A DNA stretch of 20,990 nucleotides from a virus (taxonomy: Duplodnaviria > Heunggongvirae > Uroviricota > Caudoviricetes). Positions 7,736 through 16,630 of the stretch are shown here, piece by piece; position 1 is the first letter of the stretch; each line of letters starts with the position of its first letter. The translations under genes and the position numbers were made by a program. Where the stretch lies: the IMG/VR virus record IMGVR_UViG_2939121850_000005; one strand, given 5' to 3'. The notes beneath the pieces were generated by a model, which was given only the letters and a program-made list of their open reading frames with translations, was not told the origin of the DNA and made no database searches.

Positions 7736-10387
7736 TCATTGATCCACAAGAGATAAACTAATCTTTTGCTCAACAGCGTTGAAATCGTTCTCTATACGCA
7801 CCCATAGTACTTTACCTTTGGAATACTCATTCATACGGTTAAAACCTGCAGGCAGTTTTGATTTATGTATTAACCCTGTAATTTTTCCTGTAAAGTTAAC
7901 AAAAACACCATATCTATGATCGCAATTCCGTACAGTACCTTCTAATATATCACCTGACTGATACCTAGCTTCGAACTCTGCCCATTCAGGATCGCGTATC
8001 TTTTCCGCAAATGACTTAACAGCATCAATTGCAGGTTGGATATCAGTTAGCCCGTGATATTCATCTCCAGAAATAAATTCGCCTGAAAAACTTGCTATCG
8101 TTTCACGTTGATTTACAAGAAAATCAACTAACTCCTTAGCATTAGCACTAACCATTTCTTTATTATACTGATTTTGAACTGACCCCATCCTTTCAGAGAC
8201 TCTTCTGGCAATTTGCTCAGTAGGGAAAAGAGTATCTTCTGCTAACGCGGCTAGATAGCTAATATTTGAGAGCATATCCAAATGCACAAACCCAGCCGAG
8301 GATAATCTTAGTAAGTCTTCATCAGTTATTCCAGTCTCTCTAAAATCCTCTGAAACTAAACATTGCCCCTGAAGTAAATAATCGACCTCACGAGTTATAA
8401 CCTTTGGAGAAAAACCAAACTTGACTAATCCGTTTTTTAACGCAAACAAAGGAAAGTATCCTTTAAGTCCAGTTGGACCACTTACCCCAAAATTATTATA
8501 GAACCATTTCAAAATTGCAAACCTAGTAAAATGATTAGCCCTCTCATCATCTTTTTCCGTCGAAAATATATTTTTAAGGTATGAGTTATCGCTATCATAA
8601 AATCGACGATTTAATCGTAATAACACTCTGGTCACAATATGTAAAGGAAGCGCATAGCGTCCTTCACTTTGCCTTATTTTTAAAAACTCACCTTCAGTAA
8701 TATGCCCACTAGTGCAGAACTCCAAGAAAATTTCCAAAGCCCTTCGTATATTTCTTCCTGAAAGACCAACAATCATCCTTCTTATTTGTGCATCATGTAC
8801 AAAAATAGAGTTTGCGATTGATGTTAAATAATATGAACGTTCGTCCTTGCTATATTCAACATTAAAGCCGTTAGGAAGTGAATATGAAAGAGTATTGCTA
8901 GCACTAGTTTTTGTCATTTCTTTAAGAACAAGCTGCACTCTTGAATGAAGAACATAATTAAACAACGGTGGTTCAATACGGAAAACCATATCTTTTAAAG
9001 CGGTGTCAAGAGGAGGACGATCTCTATAATTATCATAAGTTTCTTCTCTCAAGGGAAGAATTATTAGTGATCTAAACTCATTTTGGAGCCATTGAGCAGC
9101 CTGAAACATTAGCAACTGTTCAGACAAAGTTCTTTTATCACAATTATCAAGAACTATTACAACTAATTTACCGCGCTCTGTCCCACAATACCGAGTATAG
9201 GCAAGTGCAGTTTCATGTAAATCTGACTTACATTCCCTAATAATTTTAAACAATTCCTTATTATATTCATCCCCAGAAAGTAATTGCCCCTCCCCCTTAT
9301 TAAACTTATTTATCTCAACAGAATAGAGTTTTTTTAAATTATCCAACAAATCAAAATCAATATCTGGGTAAGCTAACTTACATTGTTGAATTATTTTCCC
9401 TCTAAGCCAATCATAAACTTCCCCTGAAGAAACCGGGGATTCATTCATATTAAAACGTAACCAAAGAGTGGTTTTAATAATATCATTTGGGAGCGCGACT
9501 TCTTTTAAATGATCAATGAAAGTTGTTTTTCCTGAACCAACACTGCCAACAATCAATAAAATTTTATTTTCAAGCGGAGATCGCCCTCTAAATTTTTCAA
9601 TTATTTCTTTGGGATTATCAGTATCTTCAATTAATTTAGAATCACTATTGCTTACTGGTTGAGCAGCCCTGATAATTTTATCTATTGGCTGGGTATAGCG
9701 GTCCCTGCGCTTAGATGAAATATACCCTTCACGAGCGATAAACTGTCGATCATTCAGTGTATTTGGATTAAATATATTTCCATACTCTGATATAAGTGTT
9801 GCACCAAAACTATTATGCCCCACCTCTTCGTTCTGAGCTGCCTTCCCTCCCATCATTCTCCTAGGCTTCCAGAATTTTCTAGGTTTTGATTTAGCTATGA
9901 ATTCCTCAGATAATTTCGAGAGAGCTGTAAACGAAAATTCCTCTAAAAAATTTGCACAATTTTTATCAACAGGTGATATCTCATTTAATCGGTAACTACC
10001 CTGGTTATTATCCCATTCCCCCGCAAGCCACTCATATCCATCAGTAGCTATGATTTTGGTAAGAGGATTCATACCACTCTCATATTTTGCATTCAACTCT
10101 AGCGCATATAATCGTGCTTCCTGAAAAGCGCTATCTAAATCCTCTCCAGGAGTTTTTGCTTCTACTAGTAATACAGGAACACCATTTATAATTACAAGAT
10201 AGTCTGGATAATATATTTTTTTGGTACTACCTTTACCTATCTCTAAGCTTTTAATATTTCTTTTAGTGAGTATATACTCTTTATTTATGCCAAGCCCATC
10301 AACAGATTTCTTAGTCAGAAACGGATAAATTATTTTTTGTTCGATATCACTTTCTGTTTCCTTTACTTTATTTATCTTACTACTCAT
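7736..10387 (-). CDS. Multidomain protein: restriction-endonuclease-like PD-(D/E)xK motif, P-loop NTPase and C-terminal S1/OB domain (candidate defence cargo)
   Basis: 883 aa; YPDYLVIINGVPVLLVEAK (aa 60-78); Walker A GSVGSGKTT (nt 9521..9547); Walker B VVIVLDNCD (aa 409-417); S1-like signature GDILEGTVRNCDHRYGVFVNFTGKITGLIHKSKL...GKVLWVRIEN in the last 75 aa; AAGGA RBS; about 33% GC. Confidence 0.75.
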   Translation of the reverse strand: MSSKINKVKETESDIEQKIIYPFLTKKSVDGLGINKEYILTKRNIKSLEIGKGSTKKIYYPDYLVIINGVPVLLVEAKTPGEDLDSAFQEARLYALELNAKYESGMNPLTKIIATDGYEWLAGEWDNNQGSYRLNEISPVDKNCANFLEEFSFTALSKLSEEFIAKSKPRKFWKPRRMMGGKAAQNEEVGHNSFGATLISEYGNIFNPNTLNDRQFIAREGYISSKRRDRYTQPIDKIIRAAQPVSNSDSKLIEDTDNPKEIIEKFRGRSPLENKILLIVGSVGSGKTTFIDHLKEVALPNDIIKTTLWLRFNMNESPVSSGEVYDWLRGKIIQQCKLAYPDIDFDLLDNLKKLYSVEINKFNKGEGQLLSGDEYNKELFKIIRECKSDLHETALAYTRYCGTERGKLVVIVLDNCDKRTLSEQLLMFQAAQWLQNEFRSLIILPLREETYDNYRDRPPLDTALKDMVFRIEPPLFNYVLHSRVQLVLKEMTKTSASNTLSYSLPNGFNVEYSKDERSYYLTSIANSIFVHDAQIRRMIVGLSGRNIRRALEIFLEFCTSGHITEGEFLKIRQSEGRYALPLHIVTRVLLRLNRRFYDSDNSYLKNIFSTEKDDERANHFTRFAILKWFYNNFGVSGPTGLKGYFPLFALKNGLVKFGFSPKVITREVDYLLQGQCLVSEDFRETGITDEDLLRLSSAGFVHLDMLSNISYLAALAEDTLFPTEQIARRVSERMGSVQNQYNKEMVSANAKELVDFLVNQRETIASFSGEFISGDEYHGLTDIQPAIDAVKSFAEKIRDPEWAEFEARYQSGDILEGTVRNCDHRYGVFVNFTGKITGLIHKSKLPAGFNRMNEYSKGKVLWVRIENDFNAVEQKISLSLVDQ

Positions 10388-10400
10388 ACTCTAGTCCTTA

Positions 10401-10434
10401 TCAAACCAAAAGGCACTTAATTTCTTAAGTGCCT
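10401..10434 (-). terminator. Terminator-like hairpin in the leader of the 883-aa gene
   Basis: Perfect 10-bp stem aggcacttaa / ttaagtgcct with a 4-nt loop, followed on the minus strand by TTTGGTTTG, about 15 nt upstream of the RBS. Confidence 0.4.
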
Positions 10435-10896
10435 ATAATATAGCGTCTGGTAATTTAATAAAAGTCACATGTCAATATCAAAATAAAAAGGCACCTTGAG
10501 ACTAGACCCATAAAAACAAAAAGTCAACATGTTATTTCATACAGTGTGAAAATTAAAGATTTTACAAAACAATAAGTTACAAATCAAACGCGCAATCACA
10601 TGTTGACTGACATCACATATTTAAACTGAAGTAGTAACTTCATTTGCCTTATAGTCTCATGTAACAATTACACTGTTCCTTTAGAGAAGGAACCTTATCT
10701 CTATGAGAACTGTTATATAAACACTTGATGTAAAAAAGCTCAATACCATAGCTACCGCCCATGAGGCTACAGATTGCTGCTTGGGGATATAGAAAGCACA
10801 AATTATAGTAACGATCTGATTCAATAGAGTTCATTTCCATCAAGCTAATCTTCTAGCTTTTATCGATCATTATTTCAATGCACATACAGACTCCCT

Positions 10897-11085
10897 TTAA
10901 CTGGAAACTTCCGTTGACCGGCTGTATTCATGGCTGCGAATTTTCGCCATCAGCTCGTCTGTCAGTTCGGACACCCACTGGATAGCCAGCCGCTTTTCTT
11001 CGTCGCTGCACTCACTAGCCGCTACAAGCTTGATAAAAAAATCAATACGCTGAAGCTTCAATGACTCCAAAAGATAGTCCTGCAT
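10897..11085 (-). CDS. Small hypothetical protein (62 aa) downstream of a LexA box
   Basis: ATG at 11085 preceded by AGGAGG with a 4-nt spacer (MQDYLLESLKLQRIDFF...); identity not recognised. Confidence 0.45.
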   Translation of the reverse strand: MQDYLLESLKLQRIDFFIKLVAASECSDEEKRLAIQWVSELTDELMAKIRSHEYSRSTEVSS

Positions 11086-11133
11086 CTTCCCTCCTATCAT
11101 TACACGGATACACAAAAACTGTATATACACCCA

Positions 11134-11149
11134 CTGTTTATATAAACAG
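11134..11149. promoter_or_regulatory. LexA (SOS) box CTGTTTATATAAACAG
   Basis: Perfect palindromic CTGT-N8-ACAG about 50 nt upstream of the small ORF on the minus strand; TATAAT directly adjacent on the plus strand; a weaker CTGTATATAC half-box lies at 11119. Confidence 0.5.
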
Positions 11150-11243
11150 TATAATAGGAACAGAAAAATGTAAAACTGTTTTTTGTCAGTTAATTGGATG
11201 TACTGATGTCGGTCAATAAAGCACAAAATGTTAAACAGCAGCC

Positions 11244-13637
11244 TTAGTACCATTGACGCCATTTGTCATCTTCCTGCAGCCTCTGGTTACGGTAAAAAAT
11301 ACGTAAACCGGCACCGGATGGAATGCTGCCGCCACGCAGAAGCAAATCAATCTCAGATGCACTACCTTCAAACCCCCTGGTTGTCAGTTCTGCCTCAAGC
11401 TGCAGGCGCTGCTGCTCCAAAATACTCTGTATGTATGCTTTTTTCCGCTTCGGTTTTACCAGTCTCAACCTGGCTGTCAGCTCCCGCCGTTCCTTCTGGC
11501 CCATGTTGTGGAGATATTCCTGCAGCTCCTTCTCATCCATGGTTTTAATATCGGGTAAATCACCCCCTGATTTGTTCAGATTTTCAACAGGGGGACAGTT
11601 ATTGCCACGAGTCCAAGGGGCGCAAGCGCCCTGGTCGGCTGCCGCCTCCTGAACGTCAACGGCTTTACGAACCATTTTCCACTTCACTGCATGAGTGCAG
11701 ATCTTGCCCTCTGCAATGGGTGACCAGATGCCATAAATACGAATGCCATGATCGCCATAGGCGGTCGGCTCTTCGTTGATTTCATAAGCGGTTCTGATGA
11801 GGTGATATTTACGGGGAACCAGTACGCCGCCCTGCTTCATGATGTAGGTGGCAAAACAACCAGCATCAGCAGCAGCCAGAATGGCATCAAGACGCGGGTT
11901 ATCCAGTACCGGCGCACCTGCTTTTTTGTCACCCTGTTGCCTTGCCGCCTGACCAGCCAGCAAGCGAAGTTCACGGTAAGCCTGACGCCCCGGAATACCA
12001 AAGAAGCGGAATTGCTGAACACGATGCAGAGACGCCCAGGCATTCACGTATTCAGCGTTATCACGCAGAGATTTACCCGTTTCCTTGCTGATCTCGCCAG
12101 CCAGACCACGACCGTCAATGTTCTTACTGATATATTTCGCGATGTAGCTTGTCGGCGTTCCTTTGCGCGGGTTAATCAACTCAGACTTAAAGCGCGGCCC
12201 AGTGTTATTGCCCAGCTCCTCGCGGTCTTCACGGATGGCAAACTTACGCAGTAATGCAGTGATGGCACGGCGGTCTTTTTTGCGCATGAAACACAACAGG
12301 TGCCAGTGAACTGTGCCATCATGATGCGGCTCAGCCACCCGCACGCCATACCAGCGCAACCCGGCTTTGTGCATCGCCTTACGAAATGCAGCAAACATAC
12401 CGACCAGATAATCGCTGCTTTGTCTTACCGTCGCGTTTGTCCAGGTCGGGTTTGGTCTGCCGTTATTTAGCGTGGAATGGAAACGCGACGGACAGGTGAT
12501 AGTGTAGAAAACGGCGCAGTCACCGCGCATTTCCGCGATAAGCTCCAGACCTTTAACACAGGCCATCATCTCATTGCGGCGATGCGCAGGGTTGCTGCTG
12601 CTGGCGTTTACCACATCCTCCATGTCCAGCGTGTCGCCGTCTTCGTTCACCAGTTCATGAGAACGGAAAAACTCCAGCGACTTACGACGCTGCTCACGTT
12701 TATGCATCACGGCTTCATAGCTGACATAAGGAGATGCTTTTTTGCTGACCAGGCAAACAGCGCGCAACTGCTCTTCCCGCCATTCGCAACGCATCTTCCA
12801 TAATTTCCGATACCACCAGTCGGCGCACAACATACGCGCCAGCGAACCCGGAATGAGTTCATAGGGCACGGGTTTACGGCGGTTTCTTTTCCGACGGAGT
12901 TGCTCAAACGCAGGTGGGATGACATCCAGACGCAGGGTTTCCGCTGCCACCTTTTCCCATGTCTTGCGGATTTCTTCTGGCTTAACGTCATCGGTGGCAT
13001 ACAAATCACCACAAGCTGCATCAAGGCACATACTCATATGCGCAGCTACCAGGGTGGAAAGGCGTTTCACCTGATCCTGACTCATTTCAGGCAGGATCAG
13101 CAGGCCGTCCAGCCCTTCATGGCTTGCCATAAAGCGAAAAGATGCAGATAGCTGACTGTCGCGTACATGCTCCAGTCGTTCCAGACATGGCTTAATCGTC
13201 TCACGTAAATAGCGGGAATAAGCCTTTGGCCTGCCCAGGCTGCTGAAGTATTCAATACGTTGCATCAGCGGCTTGCTGATATGGGAAGGCTGGGCGTTGA
13301 CGTCCGCCAGAATGACCATGTCTGAATTAAAACGCTGCTGCTCATGCGCCAGCTTTGCCCGGCTAATGAGCTTATCCTGCTCCATTTCGCGCTGGACAGG
13401 ATCACGTGATTCATTAAAGAAATAACGCTCCCAGACCTGATCACTCAGTGCCTCGCGGCGCAACTGTTCCTGCTCGTTATCGGCAGCGTACAGAGTGATC
13501 AGGTTTGAAAGCGTAGAAACCGGCGCAACTTCCGCCGGGTCCAGATAAGGGTTAATGGCCTTTTTCGGGCTGTTCCATGAGAATGCTGCGGCAGCCTCGT
13601 TAAAGCCGCAGCAGTTGTTCATATCGGCATGACTCAT
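11244..13637 (-). CDS. A: Replication initiation endonuclease (P2 gpA family, HUH rolling-circle Rep)
   Basis: 797 aa; HUH motif [10 protein letters not shown] and double-tyrosine motif [13 protein letters not shown]; GGAG RBS; ATGA overlap with the upstream dam stop. Confidence 0.8.
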   Translation of the reverse strand: MSHADMNNCCGFNEAAAAFSWNSPKKAINPYLDPAEVAPVSTLSNLITLYAADNEQEQLRREALSDQVWERYFFNESRDPVQREMEQDKLISRAKLAHEQQRFNSDMVILADVNAQPSHISKPLMQRIEYFSSLGRPKAYSRYLRETIKPCLERLEHVRDSQLSASFRFMASHEGLDGLLILPEMSQDQVKRLSTLVAAHMSMCLDAACGDLYATDDVKPEEIRKTWEKVAAETLRLDVIPPAFEQLRRKRNRRKPVPYELIPGSLARMLCADWWYRKLWKMRCEWREEQLRAVCLVSKKASPYVSYEAVMHKREQRRKSLEFFRSHELVNEDGDTLDMEDVVNASSSNPAHRRNEMMACVKGLELIAEMRGDCAVFYTITCPSRFHSTLNNGRPNPTWTNATVRQSSDYLVGMFAAFRKAMHKAGLRWYGVRVAEPHHDGTVHWHLLCFMRKKDRRAITALLRKFAIREDREELGNNTGPRFKSELINPRKGTPTSYIAKYISKNIDGRGLAGEISKETGKSLRDNAEYVNAWASLHRVQQFRFFGIPGRQAYRELRLLAGQAARQQGDKKAGAPVLDNPRLDAILAAADAGCFATYIMKQGGVLVPRKYHLIRTAYEINEEPTAYGDHGIRIYGIWSPIAEGKICTHAVKWKMVRKAVDVQEAAADQGACAPWTRGNNCPPVENLNKSGGDLPDIKTMDEKELQEYLHNMGQKERRELTARLRLVKPKRKKAYIQSILEQQRLQLEAELTTRGFEGSASEIDLLLRGGSIPSGAGLRIFYRNQRLQEDDKWRQWY

Positions 13638-14491
13638 GCACGTACTCCGTACACGGCAGAACTATCCACGCCACGCGAATAATCAAATCCCATCCAGCAG
13701 CGCGGCCCGGAAACAGCAATGATTTCTGTTGCTGATTTACCCTCGCCAGCTGCCACACCGATGCTGCGTTTTACCTTGATATAGTGGTGAGTAAAATTGC
13801 GATACAGCGAACGGATCAGGGATGTGTCACTGTTAGAAACAATGACCGGATGTCCTTCTGATGACCGATGTTCAAGAACGGATGCCAGGTGATACTGGTC
13901 ATCTTCAGTGAAACCATCAGTGTGATAGCCGGAAAACGTACCGTCATATGGCGGATCGCAATACACCACATCTCCCGCCTTCAACATCGCCAGCGTTTCA
14001 TCAAAGCTGGCGCAGATAAACGTCGCTCGCTGGGCTTTTTCTGCAAATGTGCGAAGTTCTTTTTCAGGGAAATACGGATTTTTATAATTACCGTAGGGAA
14101 TGTTGAAATGCCCGCTCTTGTTATAGCGACATAAACCACGGTAACCGTGACGATTGAGATACAGGAAATATACCGCTTTCATGAAATCAGTAATTTCAGT
14201 TGAGCAGTTAAACTCCTGCCTTATGTTGTAATAAGCCACCTCCCTGTTTGCGATCTCAAATAAAACTCTGGCGCGAGATATAAACGATTCACAATCAGCG
14301 GCAACCTTTTTATAGAGGTTGATTAAATCAGGATTAATATCCGCAACCAGATAGCTGGGATAATCCGTTTCCATCATCACAGCACAGGAACCCGCGAAAG
14401 GTTCAACCAGTCGCGGGCCAGCAGGAAGGTATTTTTTCAGTTCTGGCATAATGGCGGTTTTATTTCCCGCCCATTTCAGGATGGTGCTCAT
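13634..14491 (-). CDS. dam: DNA adenine methyltransferase (Dam family)
   Basis: 285 aa from [11 protein letters not shown]; motif I FAGSCAV and catalytic DPPY; GGAGGTG RBS; ATGA overlap with the upstream gene stop. Confidence 0.8.
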   Translation of the reverse strand: MSTILKWAGNKTAIMPELKKYLPAGPRLVEPFAGSCAVMMETDYPSYLVADINPDLINLYKKVAADCESFISRARVLFEIANREVAYYNIRQEFNCSTEITDFMKAVYFLYLNRHGYRGLCRYNKSGHFNIPYGNYKNPYFPEKELRTFAEKAQRATFICASFDETLAMLKAGDVVYCDPPYDGTFSGYHTDGFTEDDQYHLASVLEHRSSEGHPVIVSNSDTSLIRSLYRNFTHHYIKVKRSIGVAAGEGKSATEIIAVSGPRCWMGFDYSRGVDSSAVYGVRA

Positions 14492-14715
14492 ACAGCACCT
14501 CCGTTGTAATGTTTGCCTTTCAGTTCTGCGATTTCCTGACAGGTAATGCAAAGCTGCACTCCCGGAATGGCGCGGCGTCGTGCTGGCGGAATTGGCGCTT
14601 CACATTCAATGCAAAGTACGCGTGACACGCCCGGTGATTTGGCACGGGCTGCACGGATATGGCGCTGGCGTTCTTCTTCAACGCGCTGCTGTACGAGATC
14701 CATTGCATCAGCCAT
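14488..14715 (-). CDS. TraR/DksA-family C4 zinc-finger protein
   Basis: 75 aa; CIECEAPIP...CITCQE four-Cys finger, as commonly found in P2-like early operons. Confidence 0.7.
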   Translation of the reverse strand: MADAMDLVQQRVEEERQRHIRAARAKSPGVSRVLCIECEAPIPPARRRAIPGVQLCITCQEIAELKGKHYNGGAV

Positions 14716-14948
14716 TAGTGGATCTCCTGCGCTTCGTTCTGGATTGCTTCAGCAGTCACGCGCAGCAGTTCTGCCGCTTCCACGTGGTTTAGCTGGCGGG
14801 ATGAGATATGACACGCCAGGCTATCAAGGCGAGCAGCCATTGCTTCAGCCCTTGCCCGGCGTTCTTCCAGACGAGCCTCTGTCAGTAAAATATTAAGCCC
14901 TGCGTCATCCGGTCCGGTTTTAGTCGTGAGGGTTTCAATATTACGCAT
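14715..14948 (-). CDS. Hypothetical phage early protein
   Basis: 77 aa from the ATG at 14948 with AGGAG upstream (the track's TTG at 14954 is less likely); Ala/Arg/Glu-rich helical protein. Confidence 0.5.
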   Translation of the reverse strand: MRNIETLTTKTGPDDAGLNILLTEARLEERRARAEAMAARLDSLACHISSRQLNHVEAAELLRVTAEAIQNEAQEIH

Positions 14949-15015
14949 AATCAATTCTCCTGAATTTAGATAAAGGGATGCCCGGCGGGTTTACGCCATT
15001 AATTTCATTAGTTGG

Positions 15016-15357
15016 TTAATTCGGCATGGTTAGCCGTCTGGGAAATAAGCTCACCACTGCACGAAAATGATTCATTGCTTTAATCAGCTCCCGCTTTTCG
15101 TCAGTGGTCAGCTCATTAATGCTGATGCTATGACGTTCAGCTGGAATTTTTGCCATAAAGAATATGGCAGCCAGTGCCCGTTTATTTTGTTCATTATTGA
15201 TATCCCGTGGATCACGCATATCTTTAATAAACCGCTCAAGCTCTGACTCAATATTCAGGCCAAAAACTTTCGCCCTTAACTCCGCAATGTGATTAAGTCC
15301 ATTCAGGCGTTCACCGGGGCTTAATGGAACAGTTGCTGCAGCGCCATTAATTGCCAT
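15016..15357 (-). CDS. Hypothetical phage early protein
   Basis: 113-aa ORF with GGGGGA upstream; protein-like composition in the same early operon. Confidence 0.5.
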   Translation of the reverse strand: MAINGAAATVPLSPGERLNGLNHIAELRAKVFGLNIESELERFIKDMRDPRDINNEQNKRALAAIFFMAKIPAERHSISINELTTDEKRELIKAMNHFRAVVSLFPRRLTMPN

Positions 15358-15379
15358 ACTTCATATCCCCCAAACGCAG

Positions 15380-15604
15380 CTATCGTTCTTTGTTCTTACG
15401 GTAACGCTCAAGAGGAGATACATTTTTTCGTATCGTCTCTTTAACCTGCTCTCCCCGTAAAAACGTCCCATCCTTTAACGTGAAAAAGTAACTGCCATCG
15501 CCCGACAATGACGGATAGCAACAGAGCAAATCATCTTCAGGTACTGAATAACTCTCCCCTCTGTAACGAAACTGATAAACCACTTCACTTTCTGCCGCAT
15601 ACAT
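15380..15604 (-). CDS. Hypothetical small protein (overlaps the next ORF out of frame)
   Basis: 74-aa ORF with GGAGA upstream of its ATG; globular-looking composition. Confidence 0.35.
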   Translation of the reverse strand: MYAAESEVVYQFRYRGESYSVPEDDLLCCYPSLSGDGSYFFTLKDGTFLRGEQVKETIRKNVSPLERYRKNKER

Positions 15605-15771
15605 TTGGACTTTCTCCGTTTCCTCGTGGTCAATTCAGACAGCAATTCATCTTGTGAATGACATGGATGCCAGCGTTTTCCATCCTCACCCGTGATCCAG
15701 CCGTGACCGTAGTGCATTGCCGGGCTTTGTTTTACCAGCAGCGATGCAAATGATGGTTCTTTCGTCAGCAT
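15475..15771 (-). CDS. Hypothetical small protein, translationally coupled to the CII-like gene
   Basis: ATG at 15771 with GAGGTG 3 nt upstream, overlapping the CII-like stop; the first 50 aa look protein-like, the C-terminal half is basic and low-complexity (possible frameshifted remnant). Confidence 0.4.
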   Translation of the reverse strand: MLTKEPSFASLLVKQSPAMHYGHGWITGEDGKRWHPCHSQDELLSELTTRKRRKSKCMRQKVKWFISFVTEGRVIQYLKMICSVAIRHCRAMAVTFSR

Positions 15772-15778
15772 AAACACC

Positions 15779-16288
15779 TCACAGCAAACCGAATGAAGCA
15801 CCAAGGCCAGTCATGGTATCAACTGCACTCGCCATCGCAGGATTAGCCTGTAAACGGGCTTGCAATGAAACAGCAGCCAGCGCCATCAGTCGTGTTACAG
15901 AGTTAATGCTGCTGATAGCATCACGACGACCTGCACTGGTTTTTACATCGCCAGATACCGCACCTGCAGCAACACGCCCGATCTCTGCGGTTGCACTCAT
16001 GACGTAATGCGGTAGTTTCTCTTTTGCCACCTCATTAATCGGAACACATGGCAGACAATGAATCTGTGCCAGAAAACCATCTACCAGCGTTGAATCTTCA
16101 GTCAGATCGGTAAGCAACCAAATTTCTGGTGCGGTTAATAAATGAGGTTGAGCTGGGTTCAGTTTGTTCCGCAGAATCTGCACATTCATGCCTGCACGTT
16201 CTGCCAGTTGCACCAGATTGTGGCGCAGTGCGAATGCACGACAGGCTTCATCAAAATGTGGATGTTTGGAAACTTGGTAATCAAACAT
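15779..16288 (-). CDS. CII-like HTH transcriptional regulator (186 CII-like by position and size)
   Basis: 169 aa from MFDYQ with GAGGTG RBS; HTH-like [16 protein letters not shown]; directly downstream of the Apl/Cox-like gene. Confidence 0.55.
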   Translation of the reverse strand: MFDYQVSKHPHFDEACRAFALRHNLVQLAERAGMNVQILRNKLNPAQPHLLTAPEIWLLTDLTEDSTLVDGFLAQIHCLPCVPINEVAKEKLPHYVMSATAEIGRVAAGAVSGDVKTSAGRRDAISSINSVTRLMALAAVSLQARLQANPAMASAVDTMTGLGASFGLL

Positions 16289-16320
16289 GGTCGACACCTC
16301 TGATGTATCCCAAAATGGAA

Positions 16321-16542
16321 CTAGTTGAATACAACATTGCAATCAGTAAGTGCATCAACGGTAAGAGCAGCAAGGTTGATCATTACCTTTTCTCTTTTCT
16401 TGTCTTTCCGAAGGCGATGCCGAGGGATGCGACCGTCAGCCAGCATATCGTTAATTGTGTCGATTGAAAGACCAGTAAGTTCGCTATAACGCTCAATTGT
16501 GACATGTGGCGTATTCAGGGTTATTGAAATGTTAGGGGTCAT
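16321..16542 (-). CDS. Apl/Cox-like excisionase-type small DNA-binding regulator
   Basis: 73 aa; HTH-like [26 protein letters not shown]; first gene of the lytic-direction operon, divergent from the CI-like gene; AGGAG upstream. Confidence 0.5.
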   Translation of the reverse strand: MTPNISITLNTPHVTIERYSELTGLSIDTINDMLADGRIPRHRLRKDKKREKVMINLAALTVDALTDCNVVFN

Positions 16543-16630
16543 GATGCAACATCTCCTATTGGCTTGTGGTGAGTCAGTTTTAATCGTGGCTTTAACTTCA
16601 CATTTCGGAGAATAGGATCACAAATCGGTT
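16543..16630. promoter_or_regulatory. Immunity switch region (divergent promoter/operator space)
   Basis: 88-bp gap between the divergent Apl-like and CI-like genes; contains 7-bp inverted repeats TCCTATT / AATAGGA about 50 bp apart. Confidence 0.4.

Noticed and set aside
10649-10843. 64-aa ORF in the AT-rich leader upstream of the 883-aa gene
   Set aside because: No ribosome-binding site, Cys/Tyr-rich low-complexity translation, and it lies in a region better explained as a regulatory leader.
11228-12803. Plus-strand ORFs antisense to gene A (106, 109, 168 and 108 aa)
   Set aside because: They are embedded antisense within a confidently identified HUH replication gene, with Arg/Ser/Cys-rich composition typical of antisense frames.
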